In this document: piece by piece, positions 1-10,938 of the stretch
Layout: each line of letters opens with the position of its first letter
How positions within the stretch are numbered: position 1 is the first letter of the stretch
Source of the DNA: Aureliella sp.
GTDB taxonomy: Bacteria; Planctomycetota; Planctomycetia; Pirellulales; Pirellulaceae
Reading direction: 5' to 3'
Length of the DNA stretch: 64,000 nt
NCBI GenBank assembly: GCA_963691875.1
Contig: OY829846.1
Span: 3,776,001-3,840,000 of the forward strand
Position numbers and translations under genes: made by a program
The notes under the pieces: model-generated
Told to the model about the DNA's origin: nothing
Database searches by the model: none
What the model saw: only the letters and a program-made list of their open reading frames with translations

Positions 1-1
1 G

Positions 2-238
2 CAGCAAGCCGACAAGCTGCTGGCTCGCGTGCGGCAAGAGGTCGGTGAGGGCCTAGAGGCTCAGGCCCAACGAATTCTGACGCTATGTGTCAGTCGCGAA
101 CCAGATCAGGCAGATGTAATGGAGCTGGTTCAGCTAACAGAGAAACTCAAATCAAAGCACAAGCTTGATGACAATAAGGCCCGCCAGGCAATGTGCCTCG
201 TGGCGTTAAATTTGAATCAGTTTTTGTACTTGGACTAA
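2..238 (+). CDS. C-terminal end of a DUF1553 (PSD1)-type planctomycete protein, 5' truncated by the window
   Basis: Frame is open from position 2; ends ...MCLVALNLNQFLYLD*, resembling the N.NEF.Y.D terminus of DUF1549/DUF1553 proteins; lies directly upstream of a DUF1501 gene, the usual pairing. Confidence 0.75.
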   Translation, partial: QQADKLLARVRQEVGEGLEAQAQRILTLCVSREPDQADVMELVQLTEKLKSKHKLDDNKARQAMCLVALNLNQFLYLD

Positions 239-262
239 GAGGAGAGCCGCGAGGCAAATCAC

Positions 263-319
263 AACCCGACGAGTAAACGAGGCAAGTGAGACACTTCTTC
301 CTCGCTTCCGCTTCGGGTT
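263..319. repeat. REP-like imperfect palindrome, copy 1
   Basis: AACCCGACGAGTAAACGAGG (263-282) and CCTCGCTTCCGCTTCGGGTT (300-319) are imperfect inverted arms; a related copy sits at 52119-52166. Confidence 0.7.
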
Positions 320-408
320 GAGATAGAAGATCTGTGTGCACCATGGACCCTACCCGATGCACACCAGCACAAACCCAATTTCGCTACCCACCAACTGAAG
401 CGTTAGAC

Positions 409-1872
409 ATGGATAAGAACAAGAATAAAAAAAACTTTTGCGGTCGTGTACGGCGTGAATTCCTGTGGCAGTCAGGTGCAGGTTTTGGTGCTGTCGCGTT
501 GTCATCCATGCTTGGGCAAGACGGGTTCTTCGGCTCGACGGCTCAAGGGGCCAAAGTCTCGGCCAATCCGCTTGCCGAGAAGCCACCGCATTTCGCGCCA
601 AAAGCCAAGAGCGTCATCTTCCTGTTCATGTATGGCGGACCAAGCCACATTGACACCTTTGATCGCAAGCCTGAAATGACGGGGCGAGACGGTCAAACAG
701 TCGACGTAAAAACTTTTGGCCGTGGTGGTCACCGCAACCAAGGGCGGATTGTCGAACCTCGCTGGGATTTCAAGCAGTACGGCGAGTGCGGAAAGCACGT
801 GAGTTCGCTTTTTCCGAATCTTGGGGGCTGCGTCGACGATATCGCTTTCTTGCACTCGATGACCGCAGATTCGCCGATTCACGGGTCAGCTATGCTGATG
901 ATGAATTCTGGAAAGATACTCAGCGGTTCACCTGCTTTAGGCTCTTGGGTTAATTATGGTCTAGGCACCGTCAATCAGAACTTGCCTGGCTTCGTGGTCA
1001 TGCTTGATCAGAAGGGCGGGCCAATCAGTGGTGCTAAGAATTGGTCGAGTGGTTACATGCCAGCGACTTATGCAGGAACCGTTCTCCGCAGCAAGGGTTC
1101 GCCGATTTTGGATCTCGCTCCGCCAGAGGGCACCAGCCGCGAGGTGCAGCGGGCGATGCTTGATTCCCTGGGAGCGATGAACAACCGGCACTTGGCTGCC
1201 AACGCGAGTGATGCGGATCTATCGGCGAGGATTTCTAGCTACGAACTTGCCTACAAAATGCAAGAGCACGCACCGGAAGCGACCGACTTAAGTGACGAAG
1301 ATGAAGAGACCGAGAAGCTCTATGGTCTCAACAATCCTCAAACGGAAGACTTTGCTCGCCGCTGCATCATCGCACGACGGTTGGTCGAACGCGGCGTGCG
1401 ATGCATTCAGCTGTATTCCGGTGGCGCGCACAATGACGACAACTGGGACGCTCACGGCGACCTTGAAAAAAACCACAACAAGCACGCTGGAGCTACCGAC
1501 CAACCGATCGCTGCCTTGCTGAAGGACCTCAAGCGACGTGGACTACTCGATTCAACCTTGGTGGTGTGGGGCGGCGAATTTGGACGTCAGCCAACGGCCG
1601 AATACGCCAAAGGCTCAGGACGCGACCACAATTCCTACGGCTTCACGATGTGGATGGCTGGTGGCGGCATCAAGGGTGGTATCAGTGTTGGTACTACCGA
1701 TGAGCTCGGCTCAGCAGCCGTTGAGAAACCGTTCCATGTCAAGCATTTGCACGCCACGATTCTCAATCAACTCGGCATGGACCCAAATCGCCTGAGCTAC
1801 TTCTACAGCGGATTAGACCAAAAGCTAGTCGGTGTTGAGCACGTAGATCCGATCCACGAAGTGATCGCGTAG
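409..1872 (+). CDS. DUF1501 domain protein with Tat-like signal
   Basis: RREFLWQSGAGFGAVAL signal; AKSVIFLFMYGGPSHIDTFD, RRLVERGVR, WDAHG, WGGEFGRQP and GRDHN motifs. Start moved from 334 to ATG 409. Confidence 0.92.
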   Translation: MDKNKNKKNFCGRVRREFLWQSGAGFGAVALSSMLGQDGFFGSTAQGAKVSANPLAEKPPHFAPKAKSVIFLFMYGGPSHIDTFDRKPEMTGRDGQTVDVKTFGRGGHRNQGRIVEPRWDFKQYGECGKHVSSLFPNLGGCVDDIAFLHSMTADSPIHGSAMLMMNSGKILSGSPALGSWVNYGLGTVNQNLPGFVVMLDQKGGPISGAKNWSSGYMPATYAGTVLRSKGSPILDLAPPEGTSREVQRAMLDSLGAMNNRHLAANASDADLSARISSYELAYKMQEHAPEATDLSDEDEETEKLYGLNNPQTEDFARRCIIARRLVERGVRCIQLYSGGAHNDDNWDAHGDLEKNHNKHAGATDQPIAALLKDLKRRGLLDSTLVVWGGEFGRQPTAEYAKGSGRDHNSYGFTMWMAGGGIKGGISVGTTDELGSAAVEKPFHVKHLHATILNQLGMDPNRLSYFYSGLDQKLVGVEHVDPIHEVIA

Positions 1873-1908
1873 ATAGAAGAGCTTTTGAAAAACACTTGGA
1901 GGACCACG

Positions 1909-3531
1909 ATGTCGACGCGCAGATTGAGCCTATTCCTTCTAACTTTGCTCGGCTCTCTCTCGGTCCGCTGCCAAGCCGCAGAAGCAGCCCCAGTGTGGGA
2001 GGGGCGTCCGAATATCGTATTTGCGTTTGCAGATGATTGGGGGCGTTATGCCAGTGCTTACGCAAAACTCGAGCCAGGTGGGCCGAGCGATATTGTTAGC
2101 ACGCCTAACTTTGACAAGCTCGCGGCGAAAGGAGTCTTGTTTACTCAGGCCTATGTGAACGCCCCCAGCTGCACACCTTGTCGCAGTTCATTGCTCAGTG
2201 GGCAATACTTCTGGCGCACCGGTCGCGGGGCTATTTTGCAAGGAGCTATTTGGGATACGAGCATCCCTAGCTATCCGTTGCTGCTTGAGAAGTCGGGTTA
2301 CGCCATCGGTCATACTTACAAAGTCTGGTCGCCCGGAACTCCTCGAGATGAGCCGCATGGCGGAAAGCGAACTGCCTTCACTTCGGCAGGCGGTAAGTTC
2401 AATGGCTTTTCGCAATTTGTAGAGCGCTCGAAAGATAAGAAAGCCGCCAAGCAAAGGTTGCTCGATGAGGTTCGAGGCAACTTCAGCAGTTTCCTTCAGA
2501 CTTGCGAGAAGGACCAGCCGTTTTGCTATTGGTTCGGCCCTACAAATTGTCACCGCAAATGGATCAAGGGCTCGGGCAGGTCACACTGGGGGCTGAATCC
2601 TGACAAGCTAAAGGGCAAGATTCCGCAATATCTTCCGGACAACGAGATTGTTCGCGAGGACTTCTGCGACTACCTAGGCGAAGCACAGGCTTTTGATGCC
2701 GGGCTGGGAGTGTTGCTCGATGAACTTGAGGAGCGGGGGCTGAGTAAGAATACCATTGTTGTAGTCAGCGGTGATCATGGCATACCTGGTATTCCGCGAG
2801 GCAAGTGCAATTTGTATGACCTTGGAACACGAGTGCCGCTTGTCGTTTACTGGCCAGGCAAGACAGGTGAAGGCTTGGTGGTGGATGACTTTGTTTGCTT
2901 GCCCGATCTAGCTCCTACTTTCTTGGATGCAGGCGGAGTTGCCATTCCAGCAGTCATGACCGGCCGCAGTTTGTTACCGGTTCTCGAAGCCAAGAAATCT
3001 GGGCTCGTCGATCCGTCGCGCGATCACGTCATCGTGGGACGCGAGCGACACGTGGCGAAGGCGCGAACTGGTGAACTACCCTATCCGCAGCGAGCGATTC
3101 GCACGCAAGACTACCTGTACATTCGCAACTTTAAGCCAGAACGGTACCCGATGGGAATCGCACCTGGCTACGGGCTAGCTGTAAAGAATGCCACTTGGCC
3201 AAGTTTTGAAAAGTTGCGCGAGAACACTTTCGTTGCCTTTGGTGACTTGGATGCGAGCCCAACCAAGGCTTGGATGCTGACAAACTTGGATGAGCCCGAG
3301 GTGCTCAAGCAAGTTGGCCTCACGATGGGCTTGCGCCCAGAGGAAGAGCTGTTTGCTGTGAACGGCGATCCAGATCACATGGTGAATCTTGCTGGTGACC
3401 CCAAGTTTGGAGAAACCAAGGCGAAGCTGTCGTCCCGTCTCATGAAGCTGCTTGACGACACCGGCGACCCACGGGTCAGCGACGATGGCATGCAGTACGA
3501 CAAACCGCCTTTCGCAGGCAGTAGCAAATAA
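1909..3531 (+). CDS. Secreted Cys-type sulfatase
   Basis: Signal peptide; [13 protein letters not shown]; formylglycine motif [24 protein letters not shown] before ATG 1909. Confidence 0.92.
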   Translation: MSTRRLSLFLLTLLGSLSVRCQAAEAAPVWEGRPNIVFAFADDWGRYASAYAKLEPGGPSDIVSTPNFDKLAAKGVLFTQAYVNAPSCTPCRSSLLSGQYFWRTGRGAILQGAIWDTSIPSYPLLLEKSGYAIGHTYKVWSPGTPRDEPHGGKRTAFTSAGGKFNGFSQFVERSKDKKAAKQRLLDEVRGNFSSFLQTCEKDQPFCYWFGPTNCHRKWIKGSGRSHWGLNPDKLKGKIPQYLPDNEIVREDFCDYLGEAQAFDAGLGVLLDELEERGLSKNTIVVVSGDHGIPGIPRGKCNLYDLGTRVPLVVYWPGKTGEGLVVDDFVCLPDLAPTFLDAGGVAIPAVMTGRSLLPVLEAKKSGLVDPSRDHVIVGRERHVAKARTGELPYPQRAIRTQDYLYIRNFKPERYPMGIAPGYGLAVKNATWPSFEKLRENTFVAFGDLDASPTKAWMLTNLDEPEVLKQVGLTMGLRPEEELFAVNGDPDHMVNLAGDPKFGETKAKLSSRLMKLLDDTGDPRVSDDGMQYDKPPFAGSSK

Positions 3532-3656
3532 CAATCTGTTTACTCTCGAGGCGCTCGATGCCTCACGGAGATGTGGCTCACTCAAACGACAGATCGCAAG
3601 CGCCTTGTGACTCACTCGTTTTAAGAAGTGTTCAAACTCAGCTCAGGGCGTCTTGC

Positions 3657-6050
3657 TCATGATGCTTTGCTTCTTGCTTCATCGCGGCTCTTGAACAAAC
3701 CTTTTGGGGGAGGAACTGCTTTCTGGAAGTCAATCTTCTCCTCTGAGACAACATCTTCGATGGTCGCATGCTGCGTGGCAGCTTCACCGGCATAGCCGTA
3801 ACCGTAGCCGTAACGATCGAGGTCGTAACCTTCCAGACCGGTGACTCCGTTGATCACAACACCCAGAATGCGGGCTCCAACGGAACGCAGTGCGTTGATG
3901 CTTTCCGAGGCAGTTGGCTTCGAGTCGCGACGCAAGCGGAAAGTCATCACGACTCCGTCAGTGCGAGCGGCGACAGCGAGAGCATCTGCTACGGCAAGAA
4001 CGGGAGGAGTATCGATAATCACAAAGTCGTAGGCTTTCTGTGCCGAGGTCAGGACTTCTTGGAAACGTTGGTGACTAACGATCTCTGAGGGGTTTGTTAA
4101 AGGTTCGTTGCTGGCCAACAGCGTCAAGTTATTCACGGGCGTGGGGCGCAAGGCGGAAGCCAATGTGGCTTGACCGAGGATGACTTCGCCGATGCCAACG
4201 GCATCCGTGTTTCCAAAGAGACCGGCGATGCGCGGGCGTCGCATATCTGCGTCAATCAAGAGTACAGAACGTCCTGACTGTGCAATGGATACGGCCAAGT
4301 TTGCAGCCAATGTTGACTTACCGTCTCCGGGGCAAGGACTCGTTACTTGGATGATCCGGTGGCTTTCACTCATCTCACTGAAGTAGATATTGGTACGAAC
4401 TGCCCGGAAAGCCTCGTTAGCAGCGTGAATGTCTCCCTCGACCGTGCACAGAGACGGATCGATGCCATTATCGCTTGGCTGTAGATTCCGCAGGCTCATC
4501 TGAGGGATATGTCCAATGATGCCAGTCCCCAGAGCTCGAGTGACTTCATCCGGACCGCGGAAACTCTGATCCAACCATTCGGCTAAGAAGCCAATGCCGA
4601 TGATGATCACGAATCCAATTCCACCACCTACTGAAACGAAAGGCAGCAAGTTTGGGCTGTGGAAAGAGCCCAACCGAGCGGGAGTCAAGGTCTCCATCGA
4701 ACGCTGTGTAGTTCGAGGCAGAATCTGAATACGATTGACAGTCTCATTGAAACCGTCGAGAAGTTGCTGGATAGCGGCAAGTTCACTATTCAACAAATGA
4801 TTCTTGGTTACAAAGCCTTGTAGCTCTTTTGATTTTGTTTCCGCCTCTGACGCAAGCGTCTTTAGCAGAGTGCCTTGTTTGGTAAGAGCGACCATTCGTT
4901 CTTGTATCGAGCTCTTCCATATTTCCAGCTGGTCATTGGCATTCATGCCCGAGCTCATCAGCTCTTCGGCTTCCATTGCCATTTTGCGTTCCGAGCTGGA
5001 GAGATGGTCAACTTGGCTGGCGATCAGAGCGATGCGTCGTCGCAAAGACGCGATCGACGGATGACTCTCTCCAACGGTGTCTAAGAGCTCTTGTTCACGT
5101 ATTTGCAAATCCATGAGCGCTCTGCGTTGTTCCGCGCTCGAGACAGGCATCTGTAGGTCTGGCGAGAGTTCTGCAGGCGTTTGATTTTCCTGAACTCCCA
5201 ATGATGTATCCAAGCCAAGATCATTGGCTAGCATCATCAAGATGCCTTTTGAGGAACGTCCCGCATCTTGGGCTTCACTGATCTGTCCCAGAATCGCTTT
5301 GAGCTTTTCATGCTCAATATTCAACTCGTTGATGTCTTTATGAATTCGCACACTGTTTTCTGCGAACTGATTCTGGGCTTCATCCCCGAGCCAGACCATC
5401 GGTGCAGATTTACGGAAAGTCGCGTGTTTCTCTGATAGCACTGTGTAGGATTTGCTCAGATTCTGCTGGGCCTCGGTGACGCTTCGAACAACTTCATCTC
5501 CGATGCTGCGGTAAGCTTCTTCCAGATAGGTTTCATAGCCAAGAATCACAGAATCAACGACGAGCTTACAGACTTTCCGATCTTCGCAGATAAAGCTAAC
5601 ATCGATCAGGGTTGTGCTGCTGTCGCGCCCGGATGGTTTCACAACCAGCCGGTCTTCATCTTTGATCCAGTCGCGAATCTCAGTATGAGAGCAACCCTGG
5701 AATTGAGGGTGCTCGACCAAAGCGAACAGGTCAATGGCTTTGTCAATCACCCGAGTACTGGTGATGATTCGGGTTTCATCCAAGCGAGTCGAACCACGGA
5801 TCCCATCGGGTTCCAATCCCTCAATTCCGCCAGCACTCTTGTCTGGATAAACGACTTGAACGAGGGCGTAGGAGCGATAGGTTGGCATTTGCCGGCGATA
5901 AGCGACGTATCCCAGGCCACTGCCGAGGATCGCCCCGAACAGGGCCAACCACTTCCATCGCCACAACGTTTTGGTGTAGTAGATTCCAGGGGATTGCTCC
6001 TCGCCATGCATCGTTACAGGGTCGATGCGAAGCATGTCACTTTCGTGCAT
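3657..6050 (-). CDS. Wzc-like polysaccharide co-polymerase / tyrosine autokinase
   Basis: Two TM helices flanking a coiled-coil region; Walker A PGDGKST, LLIDADMRRP, IIDTPPVL; Tyr cluster YDLDRYGYGYGY. Confidence 0.9.
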   Translation of the reverse strand: MHESDMLRIDPVTMHGEEQSPGIYYTKTLWRWKWLALFGAILGSGLGYVAYRRQMPTYRSYALVQVVYPDKSAGGIEGLEPDGIRGSTRLDETRIITSTRVIDKAIDLFALVEHPQFQGCSHTEIRDWIKDEDRLVVKPSGRDSSTTLIDVSFICEDRKVCKLVVDSVILGYETYLEEAYRSIGDEVVRSVTEAQQNLSKSYTVLSEKHATFRKSAPMVWLGDEAQNQFAENSVRIHKDINELNIEHEKLKAILGQISEAQDAGRSSKGILMMLANDLGLDTSLGVQENQTPAELSPDLQMPVSSAEQRRALMDLQIREQELLDTVGESHPSIASLRRRIALIASQVDHLSSSERKMAMEAEELMSSGMNANDQLEIWKSSIQERMVALTKQGTLLKTLASEAETKSKELQGFVTKNHLLNSELAAIQQLLDGFNETVNRIQILPRTTQRSMETLTPARLGSFHSPNLLPFVSVGGGIGFVIIIGIGFLAEWLDQSFRGPDEVTRALGTGIIGHIPQMSLRNLQPSDNGIDPSLCTVEGDIHAANEAFRAVRTNIYFSEMSESHRIIQVTSPCPGDGKSTLAANLAVSIAQSGRSVLLIDADMRRPRIAGLFGNTDAVGIGEVILGQATLASALRPTPVNNLTLLASNEPLTNPSEIVSHQRFQEVLTSAQKAYDFVIIDTPPVLAVADALAVAARTDGVVMTFRLRRDSKPTASESINALRSVGARILGVVINGVTGLEGYDLDRYGYGYGYAGEAATQHATIEDVVSEEKIDFQKAVPPPKGLFKSRDEARSKAS

Positions 6051-6492
6051 TAGGGGATTCCCGAAAAGGCAGGGGCGTTTTCAACGCATTCAAACGCTAA
6101 TTCCTTAATCCTTTCGGGGGTCAGGCTATGGAGAGTTGAGGTGGCCTGAGTCGAAAAGAATTGCCACAAGAGGCACAGGCATTACAGCCGAACTTACCGT
6201 TAAAGACTAACAAGGCCGAATGCCAGCTATTCACCTGATGGTTTGCCCTAGGGCGTAAAGTACGGGGAGCTCCTATTTGGCTCAGTAGATTTCTTGCACG
6301 GCGCAGAAGGGAGTGCAAATCAAAGTTTCAAACAGGCTGAATTTAGATTGTTACCGCGATGGTTCTATCGCCAACACCCCTGGCAAACGCGAATGCGGCT
6401 GAAATGCAAAGTTCACCCAGCGTGAAACTTTGATCAGCCTTAGAGTCGAAGGATACTAACCTGCGAGTCAGAGGAACATCTAGATGCTGATC

Positions 6493-7635
6493 CTAACATC
6501 TCTTTCCCGTGCTCTCTTCCAGTGGAAAGTGTTCCTTCACCACACTAAAGAATTCTTCTGGCGTTTCCACCTTGGCAACGTGAGAACGAAAGTGCCTTGC
6601 CCCGAATTTTCCTTGGGCATAGCAGCACGCAAACTTACGCATGAGATGCGTGCCTTTCTGCACGCCAAATCGCTCCACCACGAGCTCGTAGTGTCGCAGC
6701 ATGCAGTCACGCTGTTCGACCAGAGAAGGATCCGGCGGGACAGGTTCTCTACGCAGTGCAGCAGCAGCTTGAGCGAACAGCCAAGGCCGACCCAATGCCG
6801 CTCGAGCAATCATCACGCCGTCGACGCGGTAATTCTCAAATGCATAGACGACCTTTTCAGCGCTATCCAGATCCCCATTACCAATGAGTGGGATATCGCG
6901 CAAGTGATCTTTGAGTTCGGCAATCTTCTCCCAGTCCGCCGATCCTTTGAAGTAATCCTCGGCAGTCCTACCATGCACAGTGAGAGCTGATGCTCCAGCT
7001 TCTTCGACGACTCGGGCCACCTCTGGTGCATTCGCGCTCTTACGGGTACACCCAAGTCGAATCTTAGCTGTGACCGGTGTTGGCGAGCAGGCTTCAACGA
7101 GCTTGCTGATGATCGCAAACATTCGACCGGGGTCACGCAGTAAGTAAGATCCGCTATGGGCTTTTTGGGTTACCTGTTTGACGGGGCAGCCAAAATTGAT
7201 ATCGACGACGCTGACACCGTACTCTTCGACCAGGCGTTTCCCCACCTTGGCCATGGTCTCGGGCTCGTTGTCCCAGATCTGAACGGCAAGTGGGCGCGCC
7301 TCGTTTTTGACACCCCACAGCCTATCAGGGTGTTCCGCTTCGTGTTCATCCAGCCAAACGAAGCCCCGAGCATTAACCATTTCAGTTGCTTGCAGGCCAA
7401 CACCGCCATAGTCACGAACGATCTGTCGATAGGCGTAGTTGGTAAAGCCCGCCATCGGAGCCTGCAGAATTGGCGGGTCAAGAGTCATATTGCCGATCTG
7501 GAGTGGCTTGATCTCACGTGTTAGGACAGTTGGGTTACGGCCGGGATTCTCCGCCTCAGAGGTTGAATGCTGTGCTGGCGTTTCGGCCGAGAGCTGTGGG
7601 GATTCTGATACGTTTAGAGTGGAGCGATTGACCAT
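6493..7635 (-). CDS. dusB: tRNA-dihydrouridine synthase (DusB type)
   Basis: LQAPMAGFT, DINFGCPVK, TAKIRLG, LTVHGRT, IGNGD, DGVMIAR motifs. Confidence 0.9.
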   Translation of the reverse strand: MVNRSTLNVSESPQLSAETPAQHSTSEAENPGRNPTVLTREIKPLQIGNMTLDPPILQAPMAGFTNYAYRQIVRDYGGVGLQATEMVNARGFVWLDEHEAEHPDRLWGVKNEARPLAVQIWDNEPETMAKVGKRLVEEYGVSVVDINFGCPVKQVTQKAHSGSYLLRDPGRMFAIISKLVEACSPTPVTAKIRLGCTRKSANAPEVARVVEEAGASALTVHGRTAEDYFKGSADWEKIAELKDHLRDIPLIGNGDLDSAEKVVYAFENYRVDGVMIARAALGRPWLFAQAAAALRREPVPPDPSLVEQRDCMLRHYELVVERFGVQKGTHLMRKFACCYAQGKFGARHFRSHVAKVETPEEFFSVVKEHFPLEESTGKRC

Positions 7636-7686
7636 GACTGTACATTCTGCCCTTCCGAGGGCTTTCTACATAGAAGGAGAAGGAAA

Positions 7687-7911
7687 GTGATATTCCCGTT
7701 TTCTTCACCCATGATGATACCGATCATAGCCAGCGTTGGCGTTTTTCTTTGGCTCATCATCCACTCCATTGTGGCTGGAGTCCAAGGAATCGTAAAGCAT
7801 CGAAACGAGCTAGAACTTAAGCAAACATTGGCTCAGCAAGGGATGAGCGCGAGCGAGATCGAGCGCGTCATTCAGGCAAGAAGTTTTCCAGAGGGTGGCT
7901 CGGATTCCTAG
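7687..7911 (+). CDS. Small single-TM hypothetical protein
   Basis: GAAGGAGAAGGA RBS before GTG; hydrophobic N-terminal half, then ELKQTLAQQGMSASEIERVI. Confidence 0.65.
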   Translation: MIFPFSSPMMIPIIASVGVFLWLIIHSIVAGVQGIVKHRNELELKQTLAQQGMSASEIERVIQARSFPEGGSDS

Positions 7912-8050
7912 AGTCTGAGATTCTGACAGTTTAGAAATTCCGTTAGGCGACTGGCAGAACAGCCTCTATCAAGAGAAAGTGTTTTGCGACGACGCCGCTT
8001 GAAATCGAACTTGGACTGGCAGGTTCTGACTCGCCTTCCACCGTAGACAT

Positions 8051-10648
8051 CTACTCGGAGTCGATACGGCCAGCGTTACGAAGGTAGTCCTTGAGCTTTC
8101 GTTGCAGAAACGGCGAGCCCTGGAAGACCTCAGGCGGAAACTCATAGTGCTTCAAGATTCCATCTAGCAACCTGCCACCTTGGTAAGAGTTAAGTGATAG
8201 GCCAGCCAAGTATTGCAGCCTCAGGTTGATATCGGTGTTTATCTGTGCCCCCTTCATCCAGGAACGCATGTAAGGAGCATTTCCTGCGTAGGTGGCCAGC
8301 AGCTCTTCTACGTCCCCAAACCCAACTTCTTTGAGAGAATCACGCACCCGCTGGTGGTCTGGTCGCAAGAAACGCTTGTTGATCTCGTCTAGGTTGATCT
8401 GAGTTCCACCCACTTGGCCGAACAAGACTGCGTCGTATCCTTCTCCGGAGTAATCGTTTGTCCAAAGAATGCCCTGCGGAAACACCTCGAAGAAGGTTGT
8501 GATTACGCTCTTCAGCGTTTGTGGATCGCTTTCGTAAAGCGGCATCCACAGCGCCATGATGCCGCCCGGCTTTAGTCGCTCGCGACACATCTGGTAGTAC
8601 TCGACGGTGTTCAGCGTCGCGCAGCCTTTGACCCAGGGATCTATAGGGTCGGAGGTGATGATATCAAACTTCTTATCAGTGGTTCGAACATAGTGTCTGC
8701 CGTCATCAAAGTGAAGCTTCACACGGTTGCGATTCTCTTCGCCAACCACATTGTGGTTTACCTGGGCGAAGTATGGTGTCACCTGCGTAGGCACAAGTGG
8801 TTCGATATCGCAAATGGTTAAGCTCTTGACCTCGGGATGCGGAAGGAAGCTGCCAGCCGTAACACCAGCGCCGCAAGCGACCACAAGTACGTCTTCTGGG
8901 TTCTCGTGAATCAGTGCGGGCAAATGCCCAAGCATGCGTTGCAGGCGCATGTCTTCCGGATTGCTGGAAGCCTGAACTTTTCCACCACCATGAAACTTGC
9001 GGATGCCGTCGTTGTTCTGTGTTACTGCGACGCTAACATTGATGCCTTCGCCAGTCATGAGGCAAAACTCAGTTGGCTGCCCCGGCTTCGCCTCACCAGG
9101 GACAAATTGAGGTGCAATTACTTCAGGCGCTAGAAAGCGTTCGTTCTTGGCTGCGAAACGGCCATACGCAATTACACCCCAAGGAACTTCGGTAATGCTT
9201 GTTCCACATGCAAAAGTAAAAAACACTGCGAAGAAGGCTAGAAGAACCGGGTTGGGGCGACGTCTAGACGTCGGCGTCCGTACAAACAAAAACAGGCTGA
9301 GTAGAACGCTACAGAGGATCGTCACCAAAATAACGTACTGTGCCACCAAGGTGCCGCTGTTGGGGATGATCAAGATGCTAAAAGTCAAAGCACCAAGAAT
9401 GGCCCCCAAGGTGTTGGCCGCGTAAGTATTGCCAACCATTCGAGACGCATCACGCTTGCGAGTTGAGACTCCGTTGCCAGCGATGACTGCTAAGGTCAAT
9501 GGAAAACTCGCACCCCAAAGCACCGTTGCTGGCAATATGACAAACATGCAACGCGCGATATCGAATTGGAATGTAAACCAGATTTCCCCACCTGCAGTCG
9601 GATCTATCGGCCAATGAGGCAGAGAGCGAGCAATCATGTTGCTCGTCCAGCACACTGCGAGCAGGCTAAGTGATTGGCACCAGATCAGATTGCGCATCGG
9701 GTTCGGGCTAACTCGAGCCAGCAGCGAGCCGATGGAACTGCCAACTCCCAAGCCAAACAGGAAAACGGCAAGGATGATGGAGAAGGTGTAGACCGTACCG
9801 CCCATCAACAACGAAAGCAGCCGTGTCCAGATTACTTCACAGCCCAAGGCGGAAGCTCCCGAAAGGCCGATGATGGTCCAGAGAATGGCTTTCGACGATG
9901 TTGATGCTGGTGGAAGCTGCGAACCGATTCCTCCAGCTGAATCAAATCGATCGATCGCTTCGGGATCTTCACCGCGTTTCTTCGCTTCCTGTCTTTGAAC
10001 ACGTTTTGCTTTTACGGATCGAAGTGCAAGCCACCAGCCGATGCCAGCAACAAGGAAGTTGATCAACGCAGCACAGTAGGTTGCGATGCCCATATCGAAG
10101 ACTCGAAGCAAGTAAAAGCCGGCGAGTAAGCAGCCAAGTACTGCACCGGCAATGTTGCTGCCATAGAAAAATCCGAGCCACGAAACGCCACCTGGGCTCG
10201 CTTCCACCCAGCGACTGATCGCTGGCAGCGTCGCTCCCATCATCATGGTGGGAGGCAGCAGGCAAAGTGCGGCTACTATGGCTCTTTGGGCCACACCTGT
10301 ACTTCCACTGGCCATTGTGCTGTACAGCATTTCGATCAATGGCATGCACCACAAAATCAAGAGGCCGCAGATGGCGATGCCAAACTCCAACGCCGCATAA
10401 ACCTTGAGCGGGTGATAGCGTCGTTTTGTCAACCAAGGTTGGAGCAAGCTCCCAAGGCACATCCCGCCCATGAAGATCCCAAGCAGCACTCCCATCGATA
10501 CGGCAGTGGATCCAATCAGTAGTTGGAGCAACTGGAGCCATACGATCTCATAGATGAGCGCCGCACAGCCGCTGCCAACAAAAAGCAACAACAGTAGCGG
10601 GAGAGGACGATGGTCCTTGGGCGGAACAACTGGCAATGGCTTGTTCAT
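8051..10648 (-). CDS. Multi-TM membrane domain fused to a spermidine-synthase-like (class I SAM-binding) domain
   Basis: Duplicated SG.AAL.YEI.W..L TM repeats; C-terminal VLVVACGAGVTAG, DDGRHYV, FDIITSDP, RLKPGG. Confidence 0.85.
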   Translation of the reverse strand: MNKPLPVVPPKDHRPLPLLLLLFVGSGCAALIYEIVWLQLLQLLIGSTAVSMGVLLGIFMGGMCLGSLLQPWLTKRRYHPLKVYAALEFGIAICGLLILWCMPLIEMLYSTMASGSTGVAQRAIVAALCLLPPTMMMGATLPAISRWVEASPGGVSWLGFFYGSNIAGAVLGCLLAGFYLLRVFDMGIATYCAALINFLVAGIGWWLALRSVKAKRVQRQEAKKRGEDPEAIDRFDSAGGIGSQLPPASTSSKAILWTIIGLSGASALGCEVIWTRLLSLLMGGTVYTFSIILAVFLFGLGVGSSIGSLLARVSPNPMRNLIWCQSLSLLAVCWTSNMIARSLPHWPIDPTAGGEIWFTFQFDIARCMFVILPATVLWGASFPLTLAVIAGNGVSTRKRDASRMVGNTYAANTLGAILGALTFSILIIPNSGTLVAQYVILVTILCSVLLSLFLFVRTPTSRRRPNPVLLAFFAVFFTFACGTSITEVPWGVIAYGRFAAKNERFLAPEVIAPQFVPGEAKPGQPTEFCLMTGEGINVSVAVTQNNDGIRKFHGGGKVQASSNPEDMRLQRMLGHLPALIHENPEDVLVVACGAGVTAGSFLPHPEVKSLTICDIEPLVPTQVTPYFAQVNHNVVGEENRNRVKLHFDDGRHYVRTTDKKFDIITSDPIDPWVKGCATLNTVEYYQMCRERLKPGGIMALWMPLYESDPQTLKSVITTFFEVFPQGILWTNDYSGEGYDAVLFGQVGGTQINLDEINKRFLRPDHQRVRDSLKEVGFGDVEELLATYAGNAPYMRSWMKGAQINTDINLRLQYLAGLSLNSYQGGRLLDGILKHYEFPPEVFQGSPFLQRKLKDYLRNAGRIDSE

Positions 10649-10938
10649 GTGAAGCTATCGGTGGGATGGTCCAGCAGACGGGCCTATCATAACTAGCTCT
10701 CAATGATAATGCTGCGCTTGCACTCTCGGCAGATGCGAAGCTGCAATCCCGCCCAGTTCAAAACAACTATCGCCAAGTCAGCGTAAAAACTGCGGTTTTT
10801 CGACGGATAACGAGGCTGGCCGATTATCGCGGGTGAAGACGTTGAGGAACTTCATGGTGGCTTGGCGGCTCCGAACGGATCGAGGACAATTCTCGATCTG
10901 TTCCAACTGTGGATTTTGAGATTTACCTGGAGTTTTTG

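Noticed and set aside
6180..6252. Minus-strand GGGCAAACCAT upstream of wzc, resembling the start of a c-di-GMP-I riboswitch
   Set aside because: The following GAAA-loop stem and GGGACGCAAAGC element are absent.
6484..7524. Long antisense/overlapping ORFs (6484-6990, 7156-7524 and many similar in the track)
   Set aside because: Shadows of well-supported genes on the other strand; no motifs.
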